Positions 1 through 9,203 of a stretch of DNA of 64,000 nt are shown here, in pieces. The position numbers and the translations under genes are program-made. The stretch is from Candidatus Thorarchaeota archaeon (GTDB lineage Archaea > Asgardarchaeota > Thorarchaeia > Thorarchaeales > Thorarchaeaceae): contig JBHLRZ010000009.1 of NCBI GenBank assembly GCA_048882045.1, positions 32,384 through 96,383 on the forward strand, written 5' to 3'. Position 1 is the stretch's first letter. Every line of letters begins with the position of its first letter. The notes beneath the pieces are model-generated. The model did not search any database and was not told where the DNA came from. It saw only the letters and a program-made list of their open reading frames with translations.

Positions 1-1649
1 TTCAAGACCCAATCGTATCCCAATAGGTTCAGGAAGCCACCAAGTCGAGGACCAGATTTTCGAGAGATGAGAATCCTATAGAGAACTAAGAATGCCCTCT
101 TGTCCTTTAGACCAACTGCCCGAGCAGATTCAAAGACTTTGGCCTGAATCTCTTCGTCATCAAGAGCAGGTCCCTTCAGTACATCTACGAATCTATTGAG
201 AAACTCGCGGTCAGTATCAGTGAGAGTGGCGATGATTTCCTTGGGAACTTTGTCAGGAACCGATACTATGTCCCTCTCATTGCCGAAATGCTTTGCCCAG
301 TGCAAAGCTCGTGACAACCTTGTTGGAATCAATGCCTTTGATTCTTGAGAAACCTCACTGAGATCATGTTGCTTTTTCAACGCGATGTAGCAGCGTTCCA
401 GAATAGTTTCTTCACTAAGGATTTCTTGGAGCTGAGATGTTACTACTGCAAATTTGAAGGAGAGTTTAGGAACATACACATCACTAATTGGACGAACCTC
501 TGTGAGAGGATAGAGAATCTTTGCTAGTTCGTGCTTTTCACTCTCGACATCATCAAATCCATAGTATTCACGCTCGAAAGTTTCGTAGATGTCAACTAGA
601 TTGGGTATAAGATCGGTTTGGATATTGTTTGCTTTATCAGGGTCAGTTCTGAGAACCATATACCTGAATAATTCCGGAGGTGCAATCTTCAACCATTCCC
701 CAGGAGTGAAAACATAGCCTCTTGATGTCCCCATGTCTCTTCCACCAAGTCGAACCCATTCAAATGGTACTTTGACAGGACCTTCCCAACCAAAGACCTG
801 TCGAGACATCTCAAGACCAGTATCGTATGATCCACCTTTCACTGCGTGATCCTTCCCAGCAGGTTCACAGGTTGTTTTCATGACATACCATTTTGCAGGC
901 CAATCAACTCTCCATGACAATTTGACTCTGATATTGTCGAGTCTAGCGGTTTCTGAATGTCCACAGTGGGCACACACGTAGGAAACTTCATCACTCTCTG
1001 AATTATACGCGGTCACGCGATTGGGTACGATTGATCCCTTACCACCAGACTGTAATCTTCCACAAATGGGACAGATGACTGAAACAGGAAACCAAGTCTT
1101 CATGGATTCGATGTATTCGGCTCTTTGTTTGTCGTCAAAGTCACGAGCCACATATTCAATCAATATGTTTCTAATAGTTTCAGTGTGGTTCAGACAAATG
1201 CGAACCGCATCCATCATCTCTTTTGTTTCATAGAGTTTTGATTGATATACGACCTCGGGGTCAGCTCCAAATTCAGGGAATGTTTTGACCAGCTCATTTG
1301 TCCAGTGAGCCCCTAGGTTCTCACAACAGCCATATGGATCTGGAGCATCTGAGTAGGGAACACCCATATACTCATCTGGTGAGAGAGTCACACTTGGAGG
1401 GAATGATCGAATTGGATCGAAGTCATCTGCAATGAAGACTGTTTTTGCGTCTTTCCCCATTCTCTGTAGTTCTCGTTTGATAACGTCTGCAATGATTATC
1501 TCTTTCATAAAACCAGAATGAACACTGCCACTCATACTCTTTCCAGTAACGATTAGATAACGATCAGGATTACGTGCGAGGACTTCGTCAACCACATCTC
1601 GGATCCAGTGGATTGAGAATTCCTCTTCCGGTGTGTCTTCTGGAGACAT
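1..1649 (-). CDS. lysS: Lysyl-tRNA synthetase, class I (partial, runs off the window start; absent from the ORF track)
   Basis: Manual translation from ATG 1649: MSPEDTPEEEFSIHWIRDVV...TGKSMSGSVHSGF (HIGH-like motif). Also VICPICG and VCAHCGH Zn sites, WRVDWPAKW, EPAGKDH, and PFEWVRLGGRDMGTSRG (KMSKS-like). Confidence 0.93.
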   Translation of the reverse strand, partial: MSPEDTPEEEFSIHWIRDVVDEVLARNPDRYLIVTGKSMSGSVHSGFMKEIIIADVIKRELQRMGKDAKTVFIADDFDPIRSFPPSVTLSPDEYMGVPYSDAPDPYGCCENLGAHWTNELVKTFPEFGADPEVVYQSKLYETKEMMDAVRICLNHTETIRNILIEYVARDFDDKQRAEYIESMKTWFPVSVICPICGRLQSGGKGSIVPNRVTAYNSESDEVSYVCAHCGHSETARLDNIRVKLSWRVDWPAKWYVMKTTCEPAGKDHAVKGGSYDTGLEMSRQVFGWEGPVKVPFEWVRLGGRDMGTSRGYVFTPGEWLKIAPPELFRYMVLRTDPDKANNIQTDLIPNLVDIYETFEREYYGFDDVESEKHELAKILYPLTEVRPISDVYVPKLSFKFAVVTSQLQEILSEETILERCYIALKKQHDLSEVSQESKALIPTRLSRALHWAKHFGNERDIVSVPDKVPKEIIATLTDTDREFLNRFVDVLKGPALDDEEIQAKVFESARAVGLKDKRAFLVLYRILISRKSGPRLGGFLNLLGYDWVL

Positions 1650-1698
1650 CAATCACTCCTCAAGTACCCCCGAAGCCTGACCCTAAAGAACATTATCA

Positions 1699-3552
1699 TC
1701 AAGATGAGAACTCTGACACTATAAGGTCATTTCTCGTTGCAAAGAAGACATAGGTAGGTATCGAAGCAAGAAGAATCACGACCAACATTGCAGCGAACAC
1801 TGTTCCAATGGTGAGAGGGAGATATGCAATCGATGATACTGCTGCTTCAGGAAGGAGAGAGTAGATACTGAGTAAAGATGCAACAATGAGCGCAGGAATT
1901 CCAGCCCGTAAACCTACTTCGAGACCTTCAGCCATCATCACCTTCGCAATGAAGGAGGGTTTTGCACCAATCGATCTCATGATTACATAGTCTCTAAGTC
2001 TTCCAAAAACCGAAACTAGTAGATAGTTCATGAGACTCAGAAATGCGCTAATCAGTGTAACAATGGCTAAGGGGTTGAGTAGAGCCCAAATGGCGGATAT
2101 TGCATTCAAGTTCTCTTCGAGAACATCCTGCTGTCTATATATCTCAAAGCCATAGCTTGCCGCTATGGACTCGATCTGTGCAATGGTTGAATCGTCATAC
2201 TCCTCAAGCTGGACAAGGGCCAGGTTTGTACCTGACACGCCCCATAAACCCTGCAACTCAGAGAGGTCCATGATTGCCATCATACCACCATTGAGGATAT
2301 CGAATGCTTGAGCCCGGATTTCGAATGAATGGCCTAGAAATGCTAGATTCTGGATGAGGGGGTCATCGAAGAAATCGCTGGCCATCTGACCTCCAATCCA
2401 GACCTGTTCTGTGGAGTCCAGTCTCCTACCTTCATAGAACCAATCAGAAATCGTATCATCCCAGTTAACACCGACTAGAACTGCATTGGATACACGTCCC
2501 TGCCCAATTCTCTCATACTGCTGCAGTTCTTCATTCCAGATATCAGCATAGCCTTCTTCTACTTCGGAGTAGATAACCAAACGAGTTTCAACATTGCTCA
2601 CTCCTAGAAGACTCTCAAGCTCTGCTACTATTGAATTATTAATCAGATCAGATGTTTGGAGGAAGTTGAATGATTCATTCATAGGAGTACCATAGAGAGA
2701 GTAAGCCCTATAGTACTGTTCCAACATGGCAGGATTTCCAATGGCGACTACATTCTCACCCATAGAACGTTGAACATAGTCATTCGTTGTAGTATGCACA
2801 ACGCCTCCTCCAATCCATAATAGTGAGGCGATAGTGAAGCTCAGAAACAACGAGAGGACAGTCCGCCGAGTGCCCTTAATTCTTCGACCTGTGCCTTTCG
2901 TAGCAATCCGAAAGGGCAATCCAAAATTGTCTAGATAGCCAGAAACGCGGACCTTTGAACCAACCTCTGGATTCAAGGCAAGTGAAGGTGATTCTTGAAC
3001 TGTATCATAGATTGGTTTCTGTGAAGAGTAATAACCTGCAAAGACAAGAATAACTGCCAGGAGTCCTATCTGAATGAACGGGAAAGATCCAGTTAGGATA
3101 AATCCTGGAGCGACGCTTGAAAGCCATATGATTCCGAGAAGGTATAGTACAGTTCCAAATGTCAATCCTAGAACTACACTTGCGAGCAGCACTATCACAG
3201 ATTGAGCCATGAAGAAGTCAAAGATTGTGTCGAGGAGTGTCCCGATTGCTTTCATCAATCCAATATCGCGTCGTCGGGTCACCATCTCAAGAGAAACAGT
3301 TGTGGACACTACCACTGCCCCAAGTATAAAGACAAGAAGAAGGATGGCCCATACAAAGGTTGTGAAGAAAGTTCCAAATGATGTTGACAGTGCCGTAGAG
3401 GTTGCAGATGTAGTCACGTCCAAGAGGGCATTGCCAAACAAGAAGACAAAGGTCGTAGCAGTAATGACACTGGTTAGAGAGAACAGAGTGAGCGTGGTCC
3501 TGAATGGTCGGCGTTTAAGGTCTTTTGAGGCATAGACTTGGTGTTCACTCAT
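1699..3552 (-). CDS. ABC transporter permease, FtsX/MacB-like (two FtsX domains)
   Basis: RRRDIGLMKAIG and RLRDYVIMRSIGA motifs; multiple TM segments; adjacent ATPase. Confidence 0.85.
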   Translation of the reverse strand: MSEHQVYASKDLKRRPFRTTLTLFSLTSVITATTFVFLFGNALLDVTTSATSTALSTSFGTFFTTFVWAILLLVFILGAVVVSTTVSLEMVTRRRDIGLMKAIGTLLDTIFDFFMAQSVIVLLASVVLGLTFGTVLYLLGIIWLSSVAPGFILTGSFPFIQIGLLAVILVFAGYYSSQKPIYDTVQESPSLALNPEVGSKVRVSGYLDNFGLPFRIATKGTGRRIKGTRRTVLSLFLSFTIASLLWIGGGVVHTTTNDYVQRSMGENVVAIGNPAMLEQYYRAYSLYGTPMNESFNFLQTSDLINNSIVAELESLLGVSNVETRLVIYSEVEEGYADIWNEELQQYERIGQGRVSNAVLVGVNWDDTISDWFYEGRRLDSTEQVWIGGQMASDFFDDPLIQNLAFLGHSFEIRAQAFDILNGGMMAIMDLSELQGLWGVSGTNLALVQLEEYDDSTIAQIESIAASYGFEIYRQQDVLEENLNAISAIWALLNPLAIVTLISAFLSLMNYLLVSVFGRLRDYVIMRSIGAKPSFIAKVMMAEGLEVGLRAGIPALIVASLLSIYSLLPEAAVSSIAYLPLTIGTVFAAMLVVILLASIPTYVFFATRNDLIVSEFSS

Positions 3553-4297
3553 TCTCAGTTAGCTCTCCATTTGCCATTGTAAAGTGACGGATACCTTTCC
3601 GTTTGATGATGCCTTCGTCATGAGTCATTACGATGACAGTCTTTCCCTGTTCATTCAACCTAGCAAGGAGGTCGCGTATCATTCGACCACTATCTCCATC
3701 GAGGTTTGCTGTGGGTTCATCAGCCAAGATAATTGGTGGGTCATTGGCCATCGCGCGAGCAATAGCAATGCGCTGTTGTTCACCTGAACTAAGCTGCCAG
3801 GGCAGATGATCTATTCTGTGTCCCATCTCTACTTCTTCAAGGAGTTTGATTGCATCCTCTCTCAGCTCCTTTTGGCTCTTGGAAGAGAGTTGCATAGGAA
3901 ACATTACGTTCTCGACCGCAGTCAACGTTGAAACTAGATTGTAACTCTGAAATATGAAGCCAGTATTGTCCAATCTGAAAGTAGATCGAAATGATTCATC
4001 ATAGTCATTGATGGGTACATCCATTACAAAGACCCGCCCGGAAGTGGCAAGATCAATGGCTCCAATGAGGTTCAGGAGGGTTGTCTTACCAGAGCCAGAC
4101 TTCCCTGAAACCACGATGTATTCTCCATGTTCGATGACAAGAGACACATCATTCAGAGCGGCAATCTCTTCTTTACCGATCTTGTAGACCCTGCACACTT
4201 TTTGAAGTCGGACAGCGTGTTTAGATTCCTTGAGGTCCTCAATATCGAGGGTATCCCTAGTATAGTCAACCGCATCAAAATAATCGTCATCCGCCAT
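3545..4297 (-). CDS. ABC transporter ATP-binding protein, LolD/MacB-like
   Basis: Walker A GKSGSGKTT, signature LSSGEQQR, ILADEPT, H-loop MTHD. Confidence 0.93.
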   Translation of the reverse strand: MADDDYFDAVDYTRDTLDIEDLKESKHAVRLQKVCRVYKIGKEEIAALNDVSLVIEHGEYIVVSGKSGSGKTTLLNLIGAIDLATSGRVFVMDVPINDYDESFRSTFRLDNTGFIFQSYNLVSTLTAVENVMFPMQLSSKSQKELREDAIKLLEEVEMGHRIDHLPWQLSSGEQQRIAIARAMANDPPIILADEPTANLDGDSGRMIRDLLARLNEQGKTVIVMTHDEGIIKRKGIRHFTMANGELTENE

Positions 4298-4361
4298 TCA
4301 TGACCACCTTGGCTGACTGGCGGATGTTTCATTCGGCAAGATAAGGTTAGAGGTTGGACAA

Positions 4362-5171
4362 CTATTGTACCAAAATGCCTTGTACGTCAATAGCGGTTCG
4401 AGCCCAGTCAGTGAGAAGGACTGGTTTTTCACGACCAAAGACCTTCACAGTACGAAGGATGTCCGCTTTCAGAAGCCCGCTAACATAATAGGATACCAAG
4501 CTTTTATCTACTTCAAGTGTCCGACTAATCTCAGCTTGAGTTGTCTGACCGTTCTTTGCGCACTCTGACAGAATCTGACCAACGGTGGGATTTCTCGCGA
4601 TTGCCGTAAGTCGCATCACATTCTCATCAGTGGAGTAATCGTTAAGGAAGATGTGACGAACGTTTCCGTATCGTAGCGATACCACCAACCCCTCTTCCTC
4701 AAGGAACTTCAAATGGTATTGAAGTGCACCCATCGCACATCCAATGATTCTATGAAGTTCGCGTAAATGAATACCCGGATTCTCAGCTACCTCAACGATG
4801 ATTCTGTCACGTAGTTTCTGCAACCTGCGGTCGTCGCGCCGTTCTATCGACACTGTGCTTATTACTAGTGCCATAAAACCTGTCTCTATCGCGGTGAAAA
4901 TTGCATCGGACCAAGCTATATTGGTTCCACCGGAATTCCAAGAAGTCAGAATAACATCTAGTGAGATATTCACACTTGTTGCAGTTGAAATCAAGAAAGA
5001 GTAGATCTCAAGATCCTGTTGATTCTGTGAATTAGTGGTAGGAGAAAGATCAAGAGCTACAAACTCGGTTTCACCAATACCAGAACTGGCTAATGCTACA
5101 CCAATGATGCTCCAAGTAAGAAGCACCAGCGAAATTCCAATGAATATTCGTTTGGTGAACTGCCTGTTCAT
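4362..5171 (-). CDS. Membrane-anchored double winged-helix transcriptional regulator
   Basis: Hydrophobic N-terminus plus a second TM segment; ENPGIHLRELHR...ALQYHL and TTQAEISRTLEVDKSLVSYYV HTH motifs. Confidence 0.75.
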   Translation of the reverse strand: MNRQFTKRIFIGISLVLLTWSIIGVALASSGIGETEFVALDLSPTTNSQNQQDLEIYSFLISTATSVNISLDVILTSWNSGGTNIAWSDAIFTAIETGFMALVISTVSIERRDDRRLQKLRDRIIVEVAENPGIHLRELHRIIGCAMGALQYHLKFLEEEGLVVSLRYGNVRHIFLNDYSTDENVMRLTAIARNPTVGQILSECAKNGQTTQAEISRTLEVDKSLVSYYVSGLLKADILRTVKVFGREKPVLLTDWARTAIDVQGILVQ

Positions 5172-5240
5172 AAAATACCTATCACCATCATACCCTAAAA
5201 TGGTTTTGTAGTTAAGCAGTTGGAATGAGGTATAATTGTA

Positions 5241-5795
5241 CTATGAAGTACCACGTGCTGGATATGTCATAGTGATCTTGAATGAACAACAGCTGTCACC
5301 AGAGGACATACACGTATCCTCAATGACAATCAATTTCTCATACTCAATCCTATTGAAATCTGTAAGGTATTCCAAAACAGCTTCTACAAATCCTTTGAGA
5401 AAGAAACAAGAGGGCTCGTCGGCTTCATATCCAGAAGCATAAGGATTGTCGCCAATTTCGATAATTGCTTCCTCATCCAACCAGAGTTTGTAGAGTTTCG
5501 CGATTTTTACATCACCAAAAGGAACGATGAGAGTTTCTAGTGCCATTTTAATGAACTCTACAATACCCTTGAAATCTCCCGGGGGATTCTGTTTTCCAAC
5601 CTTGAAATACTCTCTCTGAGCTTCCAGACCAGCAAGACGACCAGCAGAATAATACAAGTCACGCAGTTGATCTGGGAACATCACTGCGATTCTGCTTCCA
5701 AGCTTATTCCAAGTCTTCGCAAAGAATGCAACCATCAAGTCACGTTCCTTCAGCCGACCTTTCCACCATGGAATCACGTTTTCGGAGTCTGACAT
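5241..5795 (-). CDS. V4R-domain protein
   Basis: YYSAGRLAG, PSCFFLKGFVEAV, EDTCMSSGDSCCSF (V4R Cys pattern). Confidence 0.8.
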   Translation of the reverse strand: MSDSENVIPWWKGRLKERDLMVAFFAKTWNKLGSRIAVMFPDQLRDLYYSAGRLAGLEAQREYFKVGKQNPPGDFKGIVEFIKMALETLIVPFGDVKIAKLYKLWLDEEAIIEIGDNPYASGYEADEPSCFFLKGFVEAVLEYLTDFNRIEYEKLIVIEDTCMSSGDSCCSFKITMTYPARGTS

Positions 5796-5863
5796 ATCAC
5801 TGGCCTCGTTATCACTAACGTTGGAAAATTAGAATTAAAGTGCTTTATGTGTGTGTGATACGC

Positions 5864-6346
5864 TTACACAAGACGAACGTTCCAAACACAAGAGTCGGAC
5901 CCTGTAGCCTTGCTCATTTCTTGGAAAACTTTGGCATTTACACCCTTGAACTCTAGTATTGATTCAAGCACACCACTGAAAATCTCACAGTAGCCAAACC
6001 CTCGCATTCCTTCAAGGTTGACCTCTTGACACCAGACACAGTTGTCATCTGAGATACGGACTGACCCACGTGCACTCTTCATGTCGACATCACGGGGTTT
6101 CTTGTCATATAGTACTTTGTAGACGGTTTCAAGGAGCTTTGCAACATCTTCACGAGTAGTGACGTTTTCTTTAGTCTTCTCTACAATCTCAGTATTGAGG
6201 TAGACTTGCTGACCAATTTCCCGCCCTATTTCGCGAAGCCGCTCATTTGCATCCTCAATGCTTTCAGTTTCAGCAAGAGTCTTTTCAACATAGTATGAAT
6301 ACAAACTGATTAGTAATGGGTTCTCAATCTTTGGCATAGCATTCAA
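5864..6346 (-). CDS. TRAPP Bet3-family / V4R-fold protein
   Basis: ANERLREIGREIGQQV helix; CVWC...YCEIFSGVLESIL...SCVW. Confidence 0.72.
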   Translation of the reverse strand: MNAMPKIENPLLISLYSYYVEKTLAETESIEDANERLREIGREIGQQVYLNTEIVEKTKENVTTREDVAKLLETVYKVLYDKKPRDVDMKSARGSVRISDDNCVWCQEVNLEGMRGFGYCEIFSGVLESILEFKGVNAKVFQEMSKATGSDSCVWNVRLV

Positions 6347-6360
6347 TCCTCTTTTCTGTA

Positions 6361-7383
6361 TTAGATTGTCTTACCTATCACCTTGAGACCGTGCTTTCGA
6401 TACTTAGCTACTATCTGAATAACCTTCGGAAGTGGAAGTTTCAAAGCTTCAGCAATCTGTTCTGTTGTTCGACTACCATCACACATATTGATTATACTCT
6501 GATCACCTGATGCAACCTTGGATATGTCACCCTCAAATCGTGGACATTTGACATAACGACCCATCGTACTAGGAGCGGCAGCTACGCTCTCATCACCCGC
6601 CTCAATCTGAGGTACATCGATGATACCCTTTGATGCGCCCCACTTGAGCAATTCGATAACCCGATTGTTTGGCTGAAACATCGAGTCTGCAATCTGTTCA
6701 ACACTATTGTTCCCATCAACAAGCATGAGAACGTCAAATCCAAAGTTACGGTACTGGGTCTTCATCTCTTTGTAGAGTGACGAGTCCAAAGAGAGTGCAT
6801 TAGCATATTCGGAGCCTCTTGTTGGAACTGTTCCAGGCTGTACATTGAAATCATCTGGTGACAGCTCTGGTTTAATTTCATCAGCAGGAGCTTCTACAAC
6901 AGGAGTTTCAACTACGGGAGTTGGAGTTTCTATTGGGGGTTCTAGTGGGATTTCAGGAGGAACTGTTTCAACAGATGCTGCCTGAATCGCAATACTTTCC
7001 AAAACCTGAAGATTTGATTCACTGGACTCCTCGAAATCCTCTGGTGGTGGTGGGAGCTCTATACCTTCAAGAAGACGTAGAACATTCTTGGTCTTGGCAA
7101 TTGCAAGACCAAGCTGTAGTTCTGGCACATAGAGTACAGTGAGAATCCAGTTATCATCGACAGGAGAGAGGACGACTAGTCCACGGTCTGTGTCAATGGT
7201 CATAAGGCGTAGATCGGATTTGTACAGGGCTATACTATCTTTGACCCTTGGAAATAGTTCGTCAGGAAAAGCAAAACTAACGAAAGGCCTTCCGACCTTT
7301 GTCATTAGTGAATAACCTAAAACTTGGTCATCAAATCTCAGTTTTGAAAGAGCTCGCTCCAAATCCTTGGACATCAATAACAC
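6361..7383 (-). CDS. Roadblock/LC7-like domain + Pro/Glu linker + two winged-helix repeats
   Basis: N-terminal VLGYSLMTKVGRP...LQLGLA; repeats LVDGNNSVEQIA and MCDGSRTTEQIA; clear paralog of 9204-10256. Confidence 0.65.
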   Translation of the reverse strand: MLLMSKDLERALSKLRFDDQVLGYSLMTKVGRPFVSFAFPDELFPRVKDSIALYKSDLRLMTIDTDRGLVVLSPVDDNWILTVLYVPELQLGLAIAKTKNVLRLLEGIELPPPPEDFEESSESNLQVLESIAIQAASVETVPPEIPLEPPIETPTPVVETPVVEAPADEIKPELSPDDFNVQPGTVPTRGSEYANALSLDSSLYKEMKTQYRNFGFDVLMLVDGNNSVEQIADSMFQPNNRVIELLKWGASKGIIDVPQIEAGDESVAAAPSTMGRYVKCPRFEGDISKVASGDQSIINMCDGSRTTEQIAEALKLPLPKVIQIVAKYRKHGLKVIGKTI

Positions 7384-7528
7384 CTCACGGACCTTGGTCT
7401 GACCTTAGCCTGCCTGTCAATTCCTCTTTTCGAAAGGCGTCGTAAAAGGATTGTGGTGATAATATAATTTTCTGAGTTACGTCGGTCAATAACGGTTAAG
7501 AGGGATAGAGTGCGTCAACAGGAACAGA

Positions 7529-8086
7529 ATGAAGAACTTACTGAGTAGCATCATGGCTGTTGTCGTAGGCTCTACACTAATAGTGTGGCTCACGAACCTT
7601 ACGCAACCAACATATCCTGAACCTTTCGACGTGATATGGATGCTTCTCATAGGAAGTAGTACACTTCAATCCACGTTGTCTTTCATCACAGATGTGAACA
7701 ACGTACTAGCGTTTCTTGCATCATGGATTGTGATCGGCGTAATCATTGGACCTTTCTCTAAGTTCGGTTGGAATACAGTTCGGTCAGTGTTATGGGTTGG
7801 ATTCATTCACGCTATTCTGTCGTTGGCATCACTTCTTCTGTTGAATCCTGCGTTCTGGGAAATGTCATCTAGAAACTTCGAACTCTTGTATCAGTTTGCC
7901 ACCTCAATGATTGTGGCGTTACTCGCACTACCTTCTGCCCTCCTTTCAGCTCTGTTGATTAAACGAATTCGAACACAGACAGATCCTCCTATCCCAGTGA
8001 AGATCGAAACTATATGTGAGTGCGGAGCTGTATTCAAATCTAGACCAATGCTCTGTTCAGAATGTGGGCGGAAACTGTCTGATTAG
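7529..8086 (+). CDS. Multi-pass membrane protein with C-terminal Zn ribbon
   Basis: 4-5 hydrophobic segments; CECG...CSECG. Confidence 0.7.
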   Translation: MKNLLSSIMAVVVGSTLIVWLTNLTQPTYPEPFDVIWMLLIGSSTLQSTLSFITDVNNVLAFLASWIVIGVIIGPFSKFGWNTVRSVLWVGFIHAILSLASLLLLNPAFWEMSSRNFELLYQFATSMIVALLALPSALLSALLIKRIRTQTDPPIPVKIETICECGAVFKSRPMLCSECGRKLSD

Positions 8087-8610
8087 CGATCTCGGGAGAT
8101 TCCGCCTCCAAGGAAGCCGCCAATCGCACATGCAATGGCAGGATAGATCGTTCCCTCTAGTGCAGCTTGCATTATATACATAGACCCAGGCTCAAAGATA
8201 GCCATGAGATTGAATGAGGGGGATATCATAAAGAACAACAACCAGGTAAGAAATGCACCTATGACAGCGCCGATGATGGCAGCCATAATCCCGGGAAGGA
8301 AGTCCTTTGAGGCTAGGCCAGCGAGAAGACCACCAGTGCCCCAAGCCAGCCACATGAGTCCACTGGCATACTCAGCACCATAACCAACAAGCGCTCCAAG
8401 GCTTGGAGTGCCAAGAAAACCTGGGGAGGGGTACAGAACTGTTCCGACAACTGCTAACCTTAGCTCGAGGTCATTGTTGATCAAAAAGTCATCAACAACA
8501 AGTGCGGATATCAGATCGTTGGGGACGAGAGCCCCAAATGTAAGTACTATGAATGTTATTGCGAAAGCTGTTATCAGCCCTATTAGCGTGCCTAGACCTT
8601 GACCCAACAT
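8083..8610 (-). CDS. Gly-rich multi-pass membrane protein
   Basis: About 4 TM segments; GGAGGA Shine-Dalgarno upstream of the TTG start. Confidence 0.7.
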   Translation of the reverse strand: MLGQGLGTLIGLITAFAITFIVLTFGALVPNDLISALVVDDFLINNDLELRLAVVGTVLYPSPGFLGTPSLGALVGYGAEYASGLMWLAWGTGGLLAGLASKDFLPGIMAAIIGAVIGAFLTWLLFFMISPSFNLMAIFEPGSMYIMQAALEGTIYPAIACAIGGFLGGGISRDR

Positions 8611-8683
8611 AGGTCCTCCATGAATGATGAATTACAATACAATTTTCTCTTTTTAGGGTTTTATACCTATGCCAGATGGTTTA

Positions 8684-9187
8684 CTACAGAAGAGTCAGGG
8701 TCCAAGTGCAGGCTTCATCGCCAAGTGCTTTACATGACTCCTGGTAACTTTCTGCTTGGAATCCTCGAAGCTTCATCACTGCATCGAATACTCCACTCAC
8801 GATGACACAGTATTGCAGTCCAGGCATGTCTGTGATTAGAACTCCTGCACATATTGGACAGTCTGCATCAGTGAACTTGATAGTTTTCCGGTCCTCGCTT
8901 ATCCATATATTAGTAAATTCCTGGCCAGAGTTCACTTTATACGCAAGCTGGAGTGTCTTAGCAAACTCGTGGAATGCCCCTGCATGCTGACTGATTCTGT
9001 CTGCATAATCCATGAGCAGAGTTTCTCCAACTCGAAAACCAATATCCTTCATCTTGAAATTGATCATGTTAACGGAGTCACTGGTGCTCATCAACAGGTT
9101 CATCAGTTCTCTGTAGCTGGCTTGGAATAGAACCTTACTTACTTTCGGGGTCATGGCAGTCCAAGCAATTTTCCCTTTGATTCCCAT
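8684..9187 (-). CDS. TRAPPC3/Bet3-like protein (start revised to ATG 9187)
   Basis: GGAGG Shine-Dalgarno before ATG 9187; LFQASYRELM...INFKMKDIGFRVGETLLMDY resembles the Bet3 N-terminal helices; CPIC, YC, SC...AC. Confidence 0.78.
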   Translation of the reverse strand: MGIKGKIAWTAMTPKVSKVLFQASYRELMNLLMSTSDSVNMINFKMKDIGFRVGETLLMDYADRISQHAGAFHEFAKTLQLAYKVNSGQEFTNIWISEDRKTIKFTDADCPICAGVLITDMPGLQYCVIVSGVFDAVMKLRGFQAESYQESCKALGDEACTWTLTLL

Positions 9188-9203
9188 TGTTATTCCTCCA
9201 AAC

